Of a stretch of 39,174 nucleotides of DNA, positions 6,044 to 14,164 are shown piece after piece. The notes under the pieces are model-generated. The model did no database searches and was not told the origin of the DNA. It saw only the letters and a list, made by a program, of their open reading frames with translations. Every line of letters starts with the position of its first letter. Within the stretch, counting starts at the first letter, position 1. Where the stretch lies: positions 1-39,174 of the IMG/VR virus record IMGVR_UViG_3300012971_000014; one strand, given 5' to 3'. The position numbers and the translations under genes were made by a program. The stretch is from a virus.

Positions 6044-7265
6044 GCTCCTCCTCCTTCCCAGTTTCCTCGCCGTCGCCGAGCGCGCCGCGGTCGTGCACGT
6101 CGAGCCGCCAGCGACCCTTGTCCTCGAGACCTCCAGCGGCGCCGATGGCGCGCTTTAGCTCGTCCTCGAGCTTCTTTAGCCCGCGGGGTGGCGCCACTGG
6201 CCGGATGGCGTCGCGGATGGCGGTCTGCGAGGTTCGAAACTCGCAGGCGGCGTCGGCGAGCTTTTTCGCTTCCTCGACACCGCGGCCGGCGAAATACGCC
6301 GAGATCACCCGGTGGGCGATCTTGCCGTCGACGATCGTGTAGCCGACGCGCCGGAGCCCATACTCCTTGCCGCCGCCGAGGTCGATGGCGCGCTCCCTGG
6401 CGCGCTCGTCGACGGCTGCGCGGATGCTCTTCAAAACGTCCTCGGCGCGGAATAGGCGCTCGGCGACGATGGCCAGATCCTCGTCGCGGATGCCGCCGAG
6501 GAGGCCGACCGAGTCCGGCGCGATCGCCAGCTGGCGGACCATCGTCACTTTCGCCGGGCAGCCCCACCTGGCCGGGCAATGCCCGCACCAGGGGCCCTCG
6601 TGGAGCTCCGGCAATTGCCCGGCGGCCACTGCGGCGCGCGCCTCGCGCGCTCTGGTATCGGCGCGCCTGAGTCTGGCGAGGATGCCGTCAAAGTCAAACT
6701 CTCGGAGCCATGCCGTGTCGACGTAACCGCTACCGTCGGCGCGTCGGATAAGGAGGCGCACCCTGGCGCGGCGCCGGCCGTAGCAGCGGGCGGCGGCGAC
6801 CGCGAGGCCGCCGAGCTGGAGATGATCCTTGGCGCGGACGTGGCGGCTGTAGCCGGTTTTCAGATCGTCGACGGCGACGGCGTCGAGGCCGAGGATCGCG
6901 GCGAAGTCCGCGGCGCCGACGATGTCATCCGCGCCGGCGCCATGGGCATCGTATTCGCGGTGAATGTCATTTCCGAGCCATTTGCACTCTTCAGTCTCGA
7001 GATTCAGCGCGAACGCGACCTCGGCGGCATAGGAGGCCGGGTCCGACGGCAGGCCGGCGAGGTCGAACTCGGCGAGATCCTCACGCATGTCCTCGGGCGC
7101 CAGCGCCAGCGCATAATCCGCACCCTTTTCCAGCGCCAAGCGCACGTAAGCGTGAAACGCGGTACCGCGTTCGCTGGCGTCGGTGGTCTTCTCGATCCCG
7201 GGCAGCGCCGCCGACCCCGGGCATTTCTCGACGCGAGCCGCCGAGGAGAACGTGAAGGACCTCAT
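6024..7265 (-). CDS. PD-(D/E)XK (Cas4/RecB-like) exonuclease with Cys cluster (413 aa)
   Basis: Start MRSFTFSS (ATG 7265, ATGA overlap with the upstream stop). N-terminal Cys (VEKCPG), GTAFHAY, VAVDDLKTG (D..D-x-K core), HLQLGG..ARCY, and CGHCPARWGC (C-x2-C-x5-C), as in Cas4-type FeS nucleases. Confidence 0.8.
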   Translation of the reverse strand: MRSFTFSSAARVEKCPGSAALPGIEKTTDASERGTAFHAYVRLALEKGADYALALAPEDMREDLAEFDLAGLPSDPASYAAEVAFALNLETEECKWLGNDIHREYDAHGAGADDIVGAADFAAILGLDAVAVDDLKTGYSRHVRAKDHLQLGGLAVAAARCYGRRRARVRLLIRRADGSGYVDTAWLREFDFDGILARLRRADTRAREARAAVAAGQLPELHEGPWCGHCPARWGCPAKVTMVRQLAIAPDSVGLLGGIRDEDLAIVAERLFRAEDVLKSIRAAVDERARERAIDLGGGKEYGLRRVGYTIVDGKIAHRVISAYFAGRGVEEAKKLADAACEFRTSQTAIRDAIRPVAPPRGLKKLEDELKRAIGAAGGLEDKGRWRLDVHDRGALGDGEETGKEEEHGQIHA

Positions 7266-7651
7266 GACGCATCCTCGGCCAGCACGGCGGCCACGCGATC
7301 CGGCGTCCAATCATTCCAATAACGCACGACCTCGAGCCAGTCGCCGTCGCACTGGGCGCGCACCTGATTCATGCCGAGCGCGGTCATGACCTCGATGAGC
7401 GCCACAGCCCACGGTTCACCCTCGGCGAGCTGCGCCACGCGGACGTGTCCATCCTCGAAAAGCGAGACCACGAGGCCGAGCGTTCCCGGCATCGGGCAGA
7501 GAAGCGGCCGGGTGGCGCGCACGACGCAGTATGGCGGGAACCGCCGAACCAGGTGTTTGATCTTGGGCGGCCGGGAGCGGAGCCAATCCTCGATGCTAAG
7601 CTCGTTATCGCTCTCGTCGATGGTGCCGCGCTTGTGATTGATAACGCTCAT
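7262..7651 (-). CDS. hypothetical protein (129 aa)
   Basis: Internal ATG 7651 of ORF 7262..8374 (MSVINHKRGTIDESDNELSIEDWL...) overlaps the upstream stop (ATGA). The track N-terminal extension is Arg/Gly-rich and overlaps better genes. Confidence 0.7.
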   Translation of the reverse strand: MSVINHKRGTIDESDNELSIEDWLRSRPPKIKHLVRRFPPYCVVRATRPLLCPMPGTLGLVVSLFEDGHVRVAQLAEGEPWAVALIEVMTALGMNQVRAQCDGDWLEVVRYWNDWTPDRVAAVLAEDAS

Positions 7652-8061
7652 GGCTTCCTCCTCGCGATGCGCAGAAACGCGAGCGCCGTCGCCAGGTTGA
7701 TCTCGCCTTTCGAATAGGCGGCGAGGATGGCGGCCTCGTCGTCTATGGGCGGCACCGGCGGCTCCGTCTTCGGTGCTGGCGCGGCCGTCGGCGTCGGCGT
7801 CGGCGGGTGATGGCCATTCACGCCATTCTTTGGATGAAGGGTGCGCCCCCAGCGATTCGACTCGCGATTGAGCATCCCCGCATCGCCAGGAAGGAGGCCA
7901 TCCGTGATGTAATTGCGAATGGCGAACCAGACCGCCGGCGGCGATCGGTCGATGCCGTGGCGCCTTAGTTCGGCGGCGAACGCGGCCAGCGTCCAGTCGG
8001 GTTTTGTCTGCCAGAGCGCGATCACCTGCTTCCGCTCGTCCTTGGTCCACGCATGGCGCAT
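7648..8061 (-). CDS. hypothetical protein with Myb/SANT- or GcrA-like N-terminus and Pro-rich linker (137 aa)
   Basis: WTKDERKQVIALWQTKPDWTLAAFAAELRRHGIDRSPPAVWFAIRNY resembles W-x2-E-x5-LW...IA..L HTH modules (weak, by eye). GGAGGTG RBS upstream. Confidence 0.65.
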   Translation of the reverse strand: MRHAWTKDERKQVIALWQTKPDWTLAAFAAELRRHGIDRSPPAVWFAIRNYITDGLLPGDAGMLNRESNRWGRTLHPKNGVNGHHPPTPTPTAAPAPKTEPPVPPIDDEAAILAAYSKGEINLATALAFLRIARRKP

Positions 8062-8064
8062 GGC

Positions 8065-9252
8065 TCACCTCCGCTTGCTTTTCTCCTTGGCGACCTCGTA
8101 TTGCTCGCACGCGTAGTCGTAATCGGACATCTCCTCGCCAGGCGCGACCTCGCGCGGGAGCATCTCGATGGCGGCGCGCTCCTTCGCGTAATTCGCCGGA
8201 TCTTGCGTCAGGCGCATGACGATGCGATCGACCTCGCGCTCGTCGAAAGTAACGGCGCCCCCCTCGGGTGACATGCGATGAGGGTCCGAGGGGGGCGCCT
8301 GGGTGGGCTTGTCCGTCGGCGCGAGGGTGCACGCCGGGTGATGCTTGGGCGGCGCCATGCCGCAATTCGGGCAAAGCTCGACGGTCTTGATCGGCGGCCG
8401 CTGGCCCTGCGGCGCCTGGGGCGCGAGCTTGGCCTCAAGGGCGGCGGCCCACGTCGTGCCGCCGTCGCGGATGGCGGTCCAGATGCCGCGGAGCTCCTGC
8501 AGCTCGTCGGCGGTAATCTGCCCGAGCGGCCGGCCGCCGATGTACTGGCGCAGATCGGCGACCGAGACGCCGACCTTGGCGAATCCGTCGGCGATGCGCT
8601 TCCTCGCCTCGTCGGGATCCCTGGCGTCGCGATTCTTCAGCACCTCGGCGACGAGATCCATGCATTCGTCGATGATGTCGGCGGGGATAATGCGGAGGCC
8701 GAGCTGGCGATTCACCTTGGAGAGGATCGCCGCCTCCTTGTTCGCCAGTTCGTCTTCGGTGGCGGCGACGAGATAGACGGTGCGCCCCTGGGAATTCTGG
8801 CGCTCGCCGAGGACGCGCCGGCCGCTGGCGTTCGCGCGCTCGACGGTCTTCTCGACGACGATCACGCGATTCCAGGTGACATTCGATTCAAGATCCATGA
8901 CCGAGACGTGGATCTTGCGGATGCGTTCGTCCTCGAAGACGATCGACGCATCGGGGTAGATATTCCCCATTTCGCGGATGGCGGCCTCGACGAAGCGGAT
9001 GCTCGGTCCCTCGACGGCGCTCCCGCCCATGGGTTTCGAGTAGCGCGCCGCCTCGGCGAACCCCGGCCGCGAGCACACGCGAATGATGCGCGCGCGTACC
9101 GAGTCCCAGTCTCGCGGCCTTTTCAGGGCCAGGAAATAGCGCCCCTCGACTTGCGCGCGCGCCGATACCGCCGCCGCCAATGCCTCCGGCGATGCGGTCT
9201 CCGCCAATGCGGCCGCGCCGCGCACCACCATCGCGGTTTCATCCCGATCCAT
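8065..9252 (-). CDS. putative single-strand annealing / recombination protein (395 aa); function inferred from context
   Basis: ATG 9252, 8 nt after GGGAGG (the track start at 9261 is GTG). A large conserved-looking protein (RYSKPMGGSAVEGPSIRFVEAAIREMGNIY...ATEDELANKEAAILSKVNRQLGLRIIP). It lies in the same leftward gene string as the Cas4-like exonuclease (two small genes intervene), the usual position for a phage annealase. Confidence 0.55.
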   Translation of the reverse strand: MDRDETAMVVRGAAALAETASPEALAAAVSARAQVEGRYFLALKRPRDWDSVRARIIRVCSRPGFAEAARYSKPMGGSAVEGPSIRFVEAAIREMGNIYPDASIVFEDERIRKIHVSVMDLESNVTWNRVIVVEKTVERANASGRRVLGERQNSQGRTVYLVAATEDELANKEAAILSKVNRQLGLRIIPADIIDECMDLVAEVLKNRDARDPDEARKRIADGFAKVGVSVADLRQYIGGRPLGQITADELQELRGIWTAIRDGGTTWAAALEAKLAPQAPQGQRPPIKTVELCPNCGMAPPKHHPACTLAPTDKPTQAPPSDPHRMSPEGGAVTFDEREVDRIVMRLTQDPANYAKERAAIEMLPREVAPGEEMSDYDYACEQYEVAKEKSKRR

Positions 9253-9267
9253 CACCCACACCTCCCG

Positions 9268-9414
9268 CTAGAGCAGCAGCCACACGATGCGCATGAGGAC
9301 CGCGCCGACGGCGACGCCGATCGCGAAGCTCGGCCACGGGCCCGGGCCTCGCCGTCGCCTACGAACAGGCAACGCGATGATCGGTGGCAGGCGGCGCGGT
9401 CGCATTCGCGACAT
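9268..9414 (-). CDS. possible small membrane protein (48 aa; below the ORF-track cutoff)
   Basis: My translation: MSRMRPRRLPPIIALPVRRRRRGPGPWPSFAIGVAVGAVLMRIVWLLL, a basic N-terminus with one hydrophobic helix. Weak RBS. Confidence 0.35.
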   Translation of the reverse strand: MSRMRPRRLPPIIALPVRRRRRGPGPWPSFAIGVAVGAVLMRIVWLLL

Positions 9415-9488
9415 GCCGCCAAGGATTGCTGTCAAATTTTGTGGGCGTCAAGCGTTAAAATGAAATTTGATCCGGATCCCGACGGCAA

Positions 9489-9668
9489 TTAACGGCGCAT
9501 TCGCTGCACGCGCTCGGCGAGCTGCACGATCCATTCACAGTACCTATCGAAGTTTTCCGGATCCTCAGCCTCGATCAGTGCGAGGTGCCTGACCGCCTTA
9601 TGAAACGCGCTGGTCTTGTCACCGCGACGGTCTTTGGCGCCTCCGACCCTTTCTCTCCGGCTCAGCAT
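9489..9668 (-). CDS. possible small protein (59 aa; below the ORF-track cutoff)
   Basis: My translation: MLSRRERVGGAKDRRGDKTSAFHKAVRHLALIEAEDPENFDRYCEWIVQLAERVQRMRR. The C-terminal two-thirds looks coding. It overlaps the 3' end of 9619..10224 by 50 nt. Confidence 0.35.
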   Translation of the reverse strand: MLSRRERVGGAKDRRGDKTSAFHKAVRHLALIEAEDPENFDRYCEWIVQLAERVQRMRR

Positions 9669-10224
9669 GCTCCCTATCGTTGCGCGTCCCTAGCTCGATG
9701 TCACGTGAGATCTCGATGCCCTGCTGTCGCGCATTCATCAGGTTGGTGGCAGCGCGCTCGAGCATGTCAGCCATGCGATCAAATAGCGGCGGCGACAGCT
9801 CGCCGACGATCTCCAGATGCTGAACAACGCGCGCCAGCCTCGGGGTCGCATCAGCCTTGGGCATCGGGATGCCGGTCATGCGAGCCAGGCCGACGGCCAC
9901 CGACGAGTTACGGATCGGCTCGAGCCCGCGCCGCCGCCGGGCCTCGGCGATCATGAGAAACGCACTTATTGCGCCCCCGGTTACGTTTAATTCTCTCGCC
10001 GCCGATCGCATTGATTTTTTATTCGCTAGGAACCAATCGCGAAGTGCAGACTTCCAGGCTTCAAACAGGATTTCTTCATTGCCGCCGTCGGGCATCGCGT
10101 CGCCAATATCGCAAGCGCTTAAGGACCGAGCAACTAATTTTGTCCTAGTTTCCGCCGATTTGCTGATGAACGGAACGGCCGGAGACTTGACACGGTTGTC
10201 AAATTTCAGTTGATACGACAGCAT
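9619..10224 (-). CDS. repressor-like protein, divergent from the Cro-like gene (201 aa from ATG 10224, or 158 aa from ATG 10095)
   Basis: The position is classical for a CI-type repressor. Weak HTH candidate SMRSAARELNVTGGAISAFL. The 5' third is markedly AT-richer than the rest of the genome. Confidence 0.55.
   Translation of the reverse strand: MLSYQLKFDNRVKSPAVPFISKSAETRTKLVARSLSACDIGDAMPDGGNEEILFEAWKSALRDWFLANKKSMRSAARELNVTGGAISAFLMIAEARRRRGLEPIRNSSVAVGLARMTGIPMPKADATPRLARVVQHLEIVGELSPPLFDRMADMLERAATNLMNARQQGIEISRDIELGTRNDREHAEPERKGRRRQRPSR
10187..10222 (+). promoter_or_regulatory. candidate rightward early promoter/operator (TTGACA within palindrome TTGACAcggtTGTCAA)
   Basis: Perfect -35 hexamer at 10187-10192. 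6-bp inverted repeat 10187-10192/10197-10202. The 30 nt from the -35 end to ATG 10223 fits a leaderless transcript, but the -10 (ttgata, 10210-10215) is poor. Confidence 0.35.
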
Positions 10225-10453
10225 GACCCGATCTCAGCTGGCGCTCGCCATCCGTAGCCACGCAGCGGCCGCCGGCTACACGACGCGCACCCTTGCCGTC
10301 GCGCTCGGCGTCACCCCGCAATGCGTGTGGTCATGGTTTACCGGTCACTCGTTTCCGACGATCGATAAGCTCATCGAGCTCTGCGCCGTGTGCGGGGTGA
10401 CCCTCGCCGATTTTTTCGAACCGCAGGACTATAGCCGGATGGTGCTGCGATGA
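10223..10453 (+). CDS. Cro-like XRE-family HTH regulator (76 aa)
   Basis: TRTLAVALGVTPQCVWSWFTGHSFPTIDKLIELCAVCGVTLADFF is the canonical HTH_3 pattern. First gene of the rightward arm. Confidence 0.85.
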   Translation: MTRSQLALAIRSHAAAAGYTTRTLAVALGVTPQCVWSWFTGHSFPTIDKLIELCAVCGVTLADFFEPQDYSRMVLR

Positions 10454-10635
10454 AGGTCCCGTCGCCGACGCCATGCGAGCTTTGCGGGGCGCGTCGCTTC
10501 TATCGTCGGCCGCCGCCGCGCTGCCGGCGCTGCTACCACGCGATTCGCCGCGCGCTCCTCGCCGAGCGGCGGCGCGCTGAGCTCGTCGGCGCGCTCATCG
10601 GCCAGGCGGCGCTCGAACTGGAGACCAGGCCATGA
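10450..10635 (+). CDS. small zinc-ribbon protein (61 aa; CELCG...CRRC)
   Basis: ATGA overlaps at both ends (10450 and 10632). Two CxxC pairs. Confidence 0.65.
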   Translation: MKVPSPTPCELCGARRFYRRPPPRCRRCYHAIRRALLAERRRAELVGALIGQAALELETRP

Positions 10636-11381
10636 CTTGGGAGCTGCGCGCGTCCGATTGCCTCGACGCCGTGTCCGGGCTTGCGTCGCTCGCCGATGCG
10701 TCGGTGGATTCGATCCTGACGGATCCACCCTATTCGGCGGATCTCTATACGCGCACCGCGACGAACAAGGGCCGAGAGGGATTCACGCAGGGGGAAAAGG
10801 CGCGGATGATCATAGCGTTCACACTGGCGAGCGGGCGCATCGGGGCGGTCGACGACATCATCGAGCCATGCGCCGCCGAGTTCATGCGCATCTGCCGGCG
10901 GTGGATGCTCGTCTTCTCGGACATCGAGATCGCGCCGCGATGGCGCGCCGCACTTGGCGATTGGTATCTGCGCACTGGCGTTTGGGTTAAGACCGATCCC
11001 ATGCCGCAAATCACCGGCGACCGGCCGGCGCAGGGATTCGAGGCCTGCACCATCGCGCATCGCCCGGGAAAGAAGCGATGGAACGGCGGCGGCCGCGCGG
11101 CTGTCTGGACGCATGGAACCGGCAAGGGTGCCGCGCGGCCGAATCACCCTTGCCCTAAGCCGCTCTCGCTCATGACCGCACTCGTCGAGGATTTCACCGA
11201 TCGCGGCGAGCTCATCTGCGACCCGTTCGCCGGCTCAGGCACGACCGGCGTTGCCGCCATCCGCGGCGGCCGGCGCTTCATTGGCTGGGAGAGAGATGCG
11301 CAATATGCCGAGACCGCGCGCCGCCGCCTGGCCGACGCCCGCGAGCAACTGTCTCTCTTTGCCGCCGCATCCGATTCGTAG
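10632..11381 (+). CDS. DNA methyltransferase, beta-class N6-adenine/N4-cytosine family (DPPY type; 249 aa)
   Basis: Motif IV SILTDPPYS precedes NHPCPKPLSLM and motif I CDPFAGSGTTGVAA. This order and the DPPY motif are typical of beta-class N6A enzymes. Confidence 0.92.
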   Translation: MTWELRASDCLDAVSGLASLADASVDSILTDPPYSADLYTRTATNKGREGFTQGEKARMIIAFTLASGRIGAVDDIIEPCAAEFMRICRRWMLVFSDIEIAPRWRAALGDWYLRTGVWVKTDPMPQITGDRPAQGFEACTIAHRPGKKRWNGGGRAAVWTHGTGKGAARPNHPCPKPLSLMTALVEDFTDRGELICDPFAGSGTTGVAAIRGGRRFIGWERDAQYAETARRRLADAREQLSLFAAASDS

Positions 11382-11389
11382 GAGTCGCT

Positions 11390-11602
11390 ATGTCGCCAGC
11401 GATCAAAGCCATTGCCCGTCATTCTTGGCAGCGCGCCTCCGACCCGTGGCACGCGGTCTGCGCCTCCTGCGGGCTCGAGCGGCGCGGGCGCGGACGGGCG
11501 GCGCGCCATGGGACGCGGCGCATCTGGATCGAGGAGTACAGCCGCGACGGGGCGACATGGACCGAGGCCAGGGTGCCGGCGCCATGCACGGGGGCGAGAT
11601 GA
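11390..11602 (+). CDS. hypothetical small protein (70 aa)
   Basis: GGAG at 11381-11384 lies 5 nt before ATG 11390. Sequence MSPAIKAIARHSWQRASDPWHAVCASCGLE... Confidence 0.6.
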   Translation: MSPAIKAIARHSWQRASDPWHAVCASCGLERRGRGRAARHGTRRIWIEEYSRDGATWTEARVPAPCTGAR

Positions 11603-11603
11603 C

Positions 11604-12563
11604 ATGGCTCTGCGTGCCCTGTCTCTCTTCTCCGGCGTCGGCGGGCTCGACCTCGCCATGCGACGAGTGGGCATGCGCACCGTGTGTTACGTCGAACGGG
11701 AAGCTTACGCCGCGTCCGTCCTCGTGGCCCGGATGGCGGATGCGTCCCTGGATCCGGCTCCTGTCTGGGATGACGCTTGCACCTTCGACGGCGAGCCATG
11801 GCGTGGCCGAGTGGATTGCGTCTTTGGCGGATTCCCCTGTCAGGACATCTCCCTCGCAGGGCGAGGCGGTGGGCTCGACGGCGAGCGGTCGGGTCTATGG
11901 CGCGAGTATGCCCGCATCGTCGAAGCCGTTCGCCCTGAGATTATATTCATCGAGAATGTGCCCGCACTGGTTAAGCGCGGGCTCGATCGAGTTCTGTACG
12001 ATCTGCATGTCCTCGGGTTCGATGCGGAGTGGGATCTGTTCTCTGCCGCCGACGTCGGCGCCACGCACCGCCGGAAACGACTCTTCGTTCTGGCCTACTC
12101 CGATCGCGGCCTCCGCTGGCTACAATCAAGGTGGATCGGCGGGGAGGGTGGGGCCGAAGCGATACAGCCTGCACGCGATCGAGAAGCTGTGGCCCACGCC
12201 CATAGCACGCGAGGGCAACCGCCCGCGAGAGGGCGGTCCTTCGCTCGGTTATCTGGTGACGAGGATGTGGCCGACGCCGACGGCAGACGACGCCAAGCAG
12301 AGCGGAGCGGCTGGCTACTCGACGGCGAGCGGCAGGCACGCGGGTACCACCCTGACGGATGCTACGTGCCGTTCCCCCCTGCACGAGACGATGGCAACGG
12401 GTGGCGAGCCTACCTCGACCGGTGGCCGGGTCTTGAACCCTCGCTTCGTCGAGGCGCTCATGGGCTTGCCCATCGGATGGACCGACTGCGCGTCCTCGGA
12501 AACGCCGTCGTACCTGCGCAGGCCGAGCATGCATTCCGCAAGCTCGCCAAGCGGTGCGGGTGA
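11604..12563 (+). CDS. DNA (cytosine-5) methyltransferase; the central third is only recognisable in the +1 frame (frame-disrupted or mis-assembled)
   Basis: The frame of ATG 11604 carries FSGVGG (I), GGFPCQDIS (IV), IFIENVP, HRRKRLFVLAY and the terminal LGNAVVP (X, 12495-12515). Interval 12091-12483 shows three WPTP boxes and LNPRFVEALMGLPIGWT only in the frame of ORF 11251..12567. Confidence 0.8.
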   Translation: MALRALSLFSGVGGLDLAMRRVGMRTVCYVEREAYAASVLVARMADASLDPAPVWDDACTFDGEPWRGRVDCVFGGFPCQDISLAGRGGGLDGERSGLWREYARIVEAVRPEIIFIENVPALVKRGLDRVLYDLHVLGFDAEWDLFSAADVGATHRRKRLFVLAYSDRGLRWLQSRWIGGEGGAEAIQPARDREAVAHAHSTRGQPPARGRSFARLSGDEDVADADGRRRQAERSGWLLDGERQARGYHPDGCYVPFPPARDDGNGWRAYLDRWPGLEPSLRRGAHGLAHRMDRLRVLGNAVVPAQAEHAFRKLAKRCG

Positions 12564-14153
12564 GTGATGGCGCGCCGCCACCAAGAGCCGCCGCATGCGC
12601 TCGTCGACGCCGAGCACTCGGTCATCGGCTGCGTGCTCCTTCGAAACGAGGTCGTGGCGCGCGTGCACCTCGACCCGTCGGACTTCGTGCACCCGATCCT
12701 CGGGCGCATTTGGGCGGCCATCCTCGAGCTTGACCGCGCCAAGCAGGGCATCGACCCCATCACCATCTGCAACCGGCTAAATGGCCTCGCGGATAAGGCG
12801 ACGATGGTGCTCCTCGACTGCCAGAGCGCCGTACCGACGTCGGATAACGTGGAGTTCTACGCGGAGATCGTGGCGACTGCGGCGCTCGAGCGAAAGCTCC
12901 GAGAGAACCTCGCCGACGTGTCCTCGGACCCGACGCTCGGGGCACCGGAGATTCTCGAGCGCGCGCAGCGCGTGATCGATGCACTCACGCCGCCAGCCAT
13001 CGGGCCGGCAATCGCGCACGCGCGAACGGCCGAGGATCATGTCGACGCGATCCTGGCGCGCGCCTCGGAGCCTTGGGTGTGCCTCGGCATCGGCGGCCAG
13101 GAGATCGCGCGCCTGCGCCTCGGATCATTCGCCGTCGTCCTCGGCGGCACCGGCGCCGGCAAGTCGAGCCTCGTCGGCTCGCTCCTCGCCGAGCATGCGC
13201 AGCTCCACGGGCCGGCGATGTATCTCAGTCTCGAGCTTGGCGCCGACGAGATGATCGCGCGGCTTATCGGTATGACCGTCGGCGCATCTTGGGAGGATGT
13301 GCTCTGCGGCCGAGTGCCGCGCGATCGGATGGTGGCGTCGGTCCCCTTGCGCCTCGACGTCCGCGATCGCGACGTCGATGATGTGGCGATTTGCCAGCTC
13401 GCGCCGCTCGTCGAGAAAGCCCGCGCCGAGTTCCCCGGCGAGCCGATCCTCGCCGCCGTGGATTATATCCAGCTCGCCGCCGTGGCTGGCCCTGATCTGC
13501 GAACGCAGATCGCCGCCGTCGTCGAGACCATGCGCGCCGTCGCGCGGCAACTGCGCATCGTTCTCATCGGCGTCTCGCAGACGAGTCGCGCGGCGGCGAC
13601 CGGGCTCCGCCACGGTGATCTCGTCGGCGCCGACACCATGGCGCTCGGCGCGGAGTCGTCGGCCATCGAGCGCTGCGCCTATCTGACGCTCGCCATCGGT
13701 GCGCATGGCGACGCCCGCGAGGATGGTTCGGCGCCGGTCGAACTCCACATCGGCAAGGCGCGCATGGGCGGCGGCGACCGTCTCTTGCCGATGGAGTATC
13801 ACGGCAAGTCGGGCCTCTGGCGCGTCGCTGGCCCCAGCCGCTCAGCATCCGATGTGCGCGCCGAGCACTCGGCGCATCGATCCGAGCAACGCGCGCAAGC
13901 GGATAGAGATGCGCTCGTCGCTGCCGCCGCCCGCGCAACGGCGCCCCTGTCTCGCGAGCAACTCCGAGCGTCGACGGGGATCAGCCGTCCGCATGCAACT
14001 GTCGCCTTTGCCGCGCTCCTCGCCGATGGCGCGCTCGTGGAGTGCGAACGTGCGCACCGATCGGGTGCGCGTCTCCTGTGGACACCTGAGCGCGCCAGGG
14101 AGCGCGCGATGCGGTTTACGCCGGATCGCATTGGCAACAAGGAGGATGACTGA
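12564..14153 (+). CDS. DnaB-family replicative helicase with an extra C-terminal winged-helix-like domain (529 aa; ATG at 12567)
   Basis: DnaB N-terminal pattern PPHALVDAEHSVIGCVLL...ILGRIWAAI. Walker A VLGGTGAGKSSL, DYIQL, IGVSQTSR and GKARMGG. About 100 additional residues follow the RecA-like core. Confidence 0.9.
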   Translation: MMARRHQEPPHALVDAEHSVIGCVLLRNEVVARVHLDPSDFVHPILGRIWAAILELDRAKQGIDPITICNRLNGLADKATMVLLDCQSAVPTSDNVEFYAEIVATAALERKLRENLADVSSDPTLGAPEILERAQRVIDALTPPAIGPAIAHARTAEDHVDAILARASEPWVCLGIGGQEIARLRLGSFAVVLGGTGAGKSSLVGSLLAEHAQLHGPAMYLSLELGADEMIARLIGMTVGASWEDVLCGRVPRDRMVASVPLRLDVRDRDVDDVAICQLAPLVEKARAEFPGEPILAAVDYIQLAAVAGPDLRTQIAAVVETMRAVARQLRIVLIGVSQTSRAAATGLRHGDLVGADTMALGAESSAIERCAYLTLAIGAHGDAREDGSAPVELHIGKARMGGGDRLLPMEYHGKSGLWRVAGPSRSASDVRAEHSAHRSEQRAQADRDALVAAAARATAPLSREQLRASTGISRPHATVAFAALLADGALVECERAHRSGARLLWTPERARERAMRFTPDRIGNKEDD

Positions 14154-14164
14154 TGCGTTGCGTT

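Noticed and set aside
12087-12490. Programmed ribosomal frameshifting could explain the two-frame C5 methyltransferase.
   Set aside because: There is no X_XXY_YYZ slippery heptamer or obvious stimulatory structure at either switch window. Two opposite-sign programmed shifts in one gene would be unprecedented, so indels or assembly error are more parsimonious.
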